Shown here: positions 60,001 through 64,000 of the stretch, one piece after another
Layout of the letters: each line of letters begins with the position of its first letter
Position numbering within the stretch: the stretch's first letter is position 1
Source: Macrostomum hystrix
Lineage: Eukaryota; Animalia; Platyhelminthes
Reading direction: 5' to 3'
DNA length: 64,000 bases
Assembly (NCBI GenBank): GCA_950097015.1
Contig: CATNEN010000038.1
Location: 29,388,001 to 29,452,000 of the forward strand
Made by a program: the position numbers and the translations under genes
Notes under the pieces: generated by a model
The model's database searches: none
The model's input: the letters and a program-made list of their open reading frames with translations, nothing else
Told to the model about the DNA's origin: nothing

Positions 60001-63000
60001 GTAGGATTATAATGAGAGTGGGGATTATCGAACTCTAGTAGGATTACTATGAGAGTGGGGATTATCTAACTCTAGTGGGATTAGAATGGGAGTGGGGATT
60101 ATCCAACTCTAGTGGGATTAGAATGGGAGTGGGGATTATCCAACTCTAGTAGGATTAGAATGGAAGTAGGGATTATCCACTCTAGTAGGATTAGAATGGG
60201 AGTGGGGATTATCCACTCTAGTAGGATTATAATGAGAGTGGGGATTATCGAACTGTAGTAGGATTACTATGAGAGTGGGGATTATCCAACTCTAGTGGGA
60301 TTAGAATGGGAGTGGGGATTATCCAACTCTAGTGGGATTAGAATGGGAGTGGGGATTATCCAACTCTAGTGGGATTAGAATGGGAGTGGGGATTATCCAA
60401 CTCTAGTAGGATTATAATGAGAGTGGGGATTATCGAACTCTAGTAGGATTACTATGAGAGTGGGGATTATCCAACTCTAGTGGGATTAGAATGGGAGTGG
60501 GGATTATCGAACTCTAGCAGGATTACAATGAGAGTGGGGATTATCGAACTCTAGCAGGATTATAATGAGAGTGGGGATTATCCAACTCTAGTAGGATTAG
60601 AATGAGAGTGGGGATTATCGAACTCTAGTAGGATTACTATGAGAGTGGGGATTATCCAACTCTAGTGGGATTAGAATGGGAGTGGGGATTATCGAACTCT
60701 AGCAGGATTACAATGAGAGTGGGGATTATCGAACTCTAGCAGGATTATAATGAGAGTGGGGATTATCGAACTCTAGTAGGATTACTATGAGAGTGGGGAT
60801 TATCCACTCTAGTAGGATTAGAATGGGAGTGGGGATTATCGAACTCTAGCAGGATTACTATGAGAGTGGGGATTATCCACTCTAGTAGGATTAGAATGGG
60901 AGTGGGGATTATCCACTCTAGTGGGATTAGAATGGGAGTGGGGATTATCGAACTCTAGCAGGATTATAATGAGAGTGGGGATTATCGAACTCTAGTAGGA
61001 TTACTATGAGAGTGGGGATTATCTAACTCTAGTGGGATTAGAATGGGAGTAGGGATTATCCACTCTAGTAGGATTAGAATGGGAGTAGGGATTATCCACT
61101 CTAGTAGGATTAGAATGAGAGTGGGGATTATCGAATTCTTATTAGATAGAAATGGGATTAGGGTTGAAAACGCACCTGTATCTGCAGTGATCAGGCAGGC
61201 TAACATAAGGCGCTGGGACCAGATTAAGCGTATCGAGGGCAGACTTGTAGGCCTGATTTTTTGTATAGCGTGCATCCACCAGATCAGGCTTGGCCAGGGA
61301 CAACAACACAACAGCGTCACGGTCAGGAGAAGTGCGAGAGCCGCGAAAGAAGGCCACGTCGGTTTTGTTAGGCCAAGGATTCGCCCGCGCAGCCGCCAGC
61401 AGATCCGAACGGGTGCCGTTCCAGTCGCCAATGCCTTCGCTATACAGTTAATGAGCACAATGAGAAAATTGAGACGGGAATTGTCCTCTAACTGAAACTA
61501 CCTGAAGAATCGCTATAAACTACCTGAAGAATCGCTATAAAGTCTTCCTGAAGTCTACCTGAAGTACTTAAAGAATCGCTATAAAACTACCTGAAGTACT
61601 CAAAGAATCGCTATAAAACTACCTGAAGTACTCAAAGAATCGCTATAAAACTACCTGAAGTACTCAAAGAATCGCTATAAAACTACCTGAAGTACTCAAA
61701 GAATCGCTATAAAACTACCTGAAGTACTCAAAGAATCGCTATAAAACTACCTGAAGTACTCAAAGAATCGCTATAAAACTACCTGAAGTACTCAAAGAAT
61801 CGCTATAAAACTACCTGAAGTACTCAAAGAATCGCTCAATACCTAAGAAGTTAATCTAAATTAACTGTAGAATACAAGTCTATCAGAATCGTCCTGATTT
61901 ACTTCTAAAGCAATCACCGGCATGTCAGAATTAAAAAAAATCCCAAACCTGCCTATAGATGGGATGCAGGCAGGGCCCACCTTGGTTGAACGACCATGCC
62001 GGATACAAAATATCCCGATGCAATAGATCCGATTTGCTAAACGAAAGCACAGGAACAGCGCTTGATTTAACAGATGATTTAACTAGCGGATAATCGGCCA
62101 CATTGACTGCGAATTCAACATTACGCGATAGTCTGGGCGCAGAGCGCAACAGATAGTGCTCAACACCAGAGCAGCGTGAGGAAAAACTGCCGCATTGGCT
62201 GTCGTTGCGATATAGTCGGCCGTCAATGATCTGTGAAAAAAATTGCGCAATAGGGGATACCCGCATCGACGATAAAATGGTCTGTGAACATTTGTCTGGA
62301 AAATAGACAGAATTAAAACAGGTCCGCAAAAAACTAAATGGGGAATATAGCGATTCTTGATGGGAAATCCAGGTAGGAAAAAACAAATAGAAAATGTAGG
62401 TAGGGAAAACTCGACTGGAAAAGTCAGTTAGGGAAATCAAAAGAGTAAATCCAGCTAGGGGAATCTTGAGCGGAAATCCAGCAAGGGAAAACTCAAGGGG
62501 AAATTCAGCTAGGGAAATCTTGAGGGGAAATCCAGCAAGGGAAAACACAAGGGGAAATCCAGCTAGGTAAATCTTGAGGGGAAATCCAGCTAGGGAAATC
62601 TTGAGGGGAAATCATAATGGGGAATCCAGCTAGAGAAATCTTAAGGGAAATTTTTAAGGGGAATTGATTTGGAAATCGTGACTAGAAATGCCAATTTTGT
62701 CATCTCGGTAGGCTAGTCTCGACTAGCAAATGTGTACAGGAATACAGGTAAGGTAAGTACTACCTGACAGGTACAGGTAAGTACAGGTAAGCGCCTAATC
62801 AATAATAACGCACCTGATACCGTATAGCGCCAAGTCGTACAGCCTCATCAATGCCAGCTGGGTGAATTCCGTCATTGAATGGACTCAAATCCGTTTTCAT
62901 AGCCGTCTCATAGATTGAACAGTCCGCGGGTTTGCCTTCTGTACTTTGCGATCGCTTCTCGTAGGCGGACCATGCCGATTCCAAGTCCAGCTGGTAGGCG

Positions 63001-63095
63001 CGCCAAGCGGCGCTGCACTGACCAGCGGGGCCGCAGTTCTGCGCATCGACTACTACCGATACTACTACTGCTACTTTAAGTAGGAGTAGAAGCAT
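57005..63095 (-). CDS. POGLUT1: Protein O-glucosyltransferase 1 (Rumi, CAP10/GT90 family)
   Basis: Exons 63095-62814, 62230-61953, 61439-61176, 57374-57005. Signal peptide; RCSGVEHYL, NVADYP, DILYPAWSF..GGP, AFFRGSRTSPDRD, DHCRYRYLINMRGVAASFRLRH, WREFFYPAMRPWIHYVP. Confidence 0.94.
57580..61140. repeat. 36-37-bp tandem repeat, about 3.6 kb (GGGATTATCCAACTCTAGTGGGATTAGAATGGGAGTG)
   Basis: Direct periodicity; fills POGLUT1 intron 3. Confidence 0.97.
61495..61835. repeat. 32-bp intronic repeat (AAACTACCTGAAGTACTCAAAGAATCGCTATA)
   Basis: Direct periodicity. Confidence 0.94.
62350..62660. repeat. Degenerate intronic repeat (GGGAAATCCAGCTAGGGAAATCTTGA)
   Basis: Recurrent motif. Confidence 0.8.
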
Positions 63096-63165
63096 TTTTC
63101 GCACCAATTTAAATACAGTTCCGAAGGCTGAAAAATCGTAACTGGTTATTGGGAAACATCCAATT

Positions 63166-63408
63166 GGTTGTAGCCTAGTGGTTAGAGCGTTGGACTCGCG
63201 ACATGAAGGTCAAGGGTTCGATTCCTTCTGTGTCCTTTAACAAGACACGTAACTCTGCATTGCTTATAAAACTGGGTATTAACTAGCATTAGCCGGGGTA
63301 ATTGAGGGAGGGTGTGGCGTCCTCCAGTCCATGGACTGAACAGCCGTACGCAGCCTTCAGATGCGCCGCGCAATAGCTGCCTAATTGGGGCAGGTGTAAT
63401 CAATTATT
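63166..63408 (+). mobile_element. tRNA-derived SINE family B
   Basis: A box TAGCCTAGTGG, B box GGTTCGATTCC; body matches 41914-42225. Confidence 0.85.
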
Positions 63409-63644
63409 TTTTTCACAATTTAGCAACAAATTTATCTACTTTTGTTTTTAAAAAGCTCGCAAAAAAAGAAAGAGTTAAACTACATCGCTTTGATCCAACG
63501 CGCGACCTAGCGAGTAGAATGTCCCGTTAATCTTGTTTTTTATTTGCAAGCCACAACAGCACACACATACACTGCTTTTACTTCGAATCCAATGGATCTC
63601 AACGCTTAGTTGACAGAATGATCAAAGCAAATTGATTCAATAAA

Positions 63645-63723
63645 TCATTCGCTAGACTTGGCCTTGGCGCGCATCACTTTCTGAACAATCTTTTGCTCTT
63701 CAACAAGGAAGGCGCGGACAATG
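63645..63723 (-). CDS. RPL34: 60S ribosomal protein L34, last exon (rest of the gene lies outside the window)
   Basis: After acceptor TTTCAG the frame reads IVRAFLVEEQKIVQKVMRAKAKSSE*, the eL34 C-terminal motif; AATAAA on the minus strand at about 63538-63543. Not in the ORF track. Confidence 0.9.
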
Positions 63724-63804
63724 CTGAAATTTTTTAGGATGGATTAGCAGATAAGCTTCAAAAAAACTTTTGTGTCTATTTAATCTACTAGAATAGTAGA
63801 TACA

Positions 63805-63935
63805 CCACGAAATTCCCCCCTTACTGATGAACTAACTTTCAAAGCCGTCCAACGTCCTGCCGTCAGCATCATCGAGTTATTCAGCGATTCTTGTCAAAGA
63901 CCCGGGTGACAAGGACAACTGACATTGAACAATTA
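63805..63935 (-). repeat. Diverged dispersed repeat, copy 3, in the RPL34 intron
   Basis: Reverse complement aligns by eye to 9495-9600. Confidence 0.75.
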
Positions 63936-64000
63936 GAACTAATTGTTCATTAATTTTACAACCAGACGACACCTAGTCGAGAATCGTTGAATCGTTGAAC

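Noticed and set aside
57580-61140. CRISPR-like array (also the 41-bp array at 1-1876 and the 30-bp array at 20451)
   Set aside because: Units are contiguous with no unique spacers, there are no cas genes, and the context is eukaryotic
63166-63230. tRNA gene (also the heads at 19140-19200, 24326, 42160-42225 and 44200)
   Set aside because: No complete acceptor stem; each continues into a repeated SINE body and tail
63860-63885. C/D snoRNA in the RPL34 intron
   Set aside because: The C-like GATGATG is immediately followed by CTGA with no guide region, and it lies in a dispersed repeat

Overview
Eukaryotic (animal) genomic DNA with spliceosomal introns. The gene style suggests a free-living flatworm such as Macrostomum (inference: a private minisatellite in almost every intron, poly-Ala/Gln tracts, unpaired splice acceptors just upstream of start codons). 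Protein genes: a 10-exon LRRC74-like LRR/EF-hand gene (+, 3666-18696); six tightly spaced minus-strand genes EIPR1 > EAF > SURF1 > GTF2H2 > VPS26C > ATF4-like (41167-20129) that look like a trans-spliced operon; an 8-exon Rab6 (+); and RPL34 (last exon) > POGLUT1 (-). Mobile DNA: an intact BEL/Pao LTR retrotransposon in a Rab6 intron, a decayed tyrosine-recombinase (Crypton-like) element in a GTF2H2 intron, a truncated Helitron with a nested hAT MITE, a CCC..GGG MITE and three tRNA-derived SINE families. Most interesting: SURF1 has no usable start codon but its acceptor is in phase with a spliced-leader AUG; the ATF4-like gene has the two-uORF stress switch; and the recombinase element looks circularly permuted. 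All coordinates were read by eye, and no searches were run.
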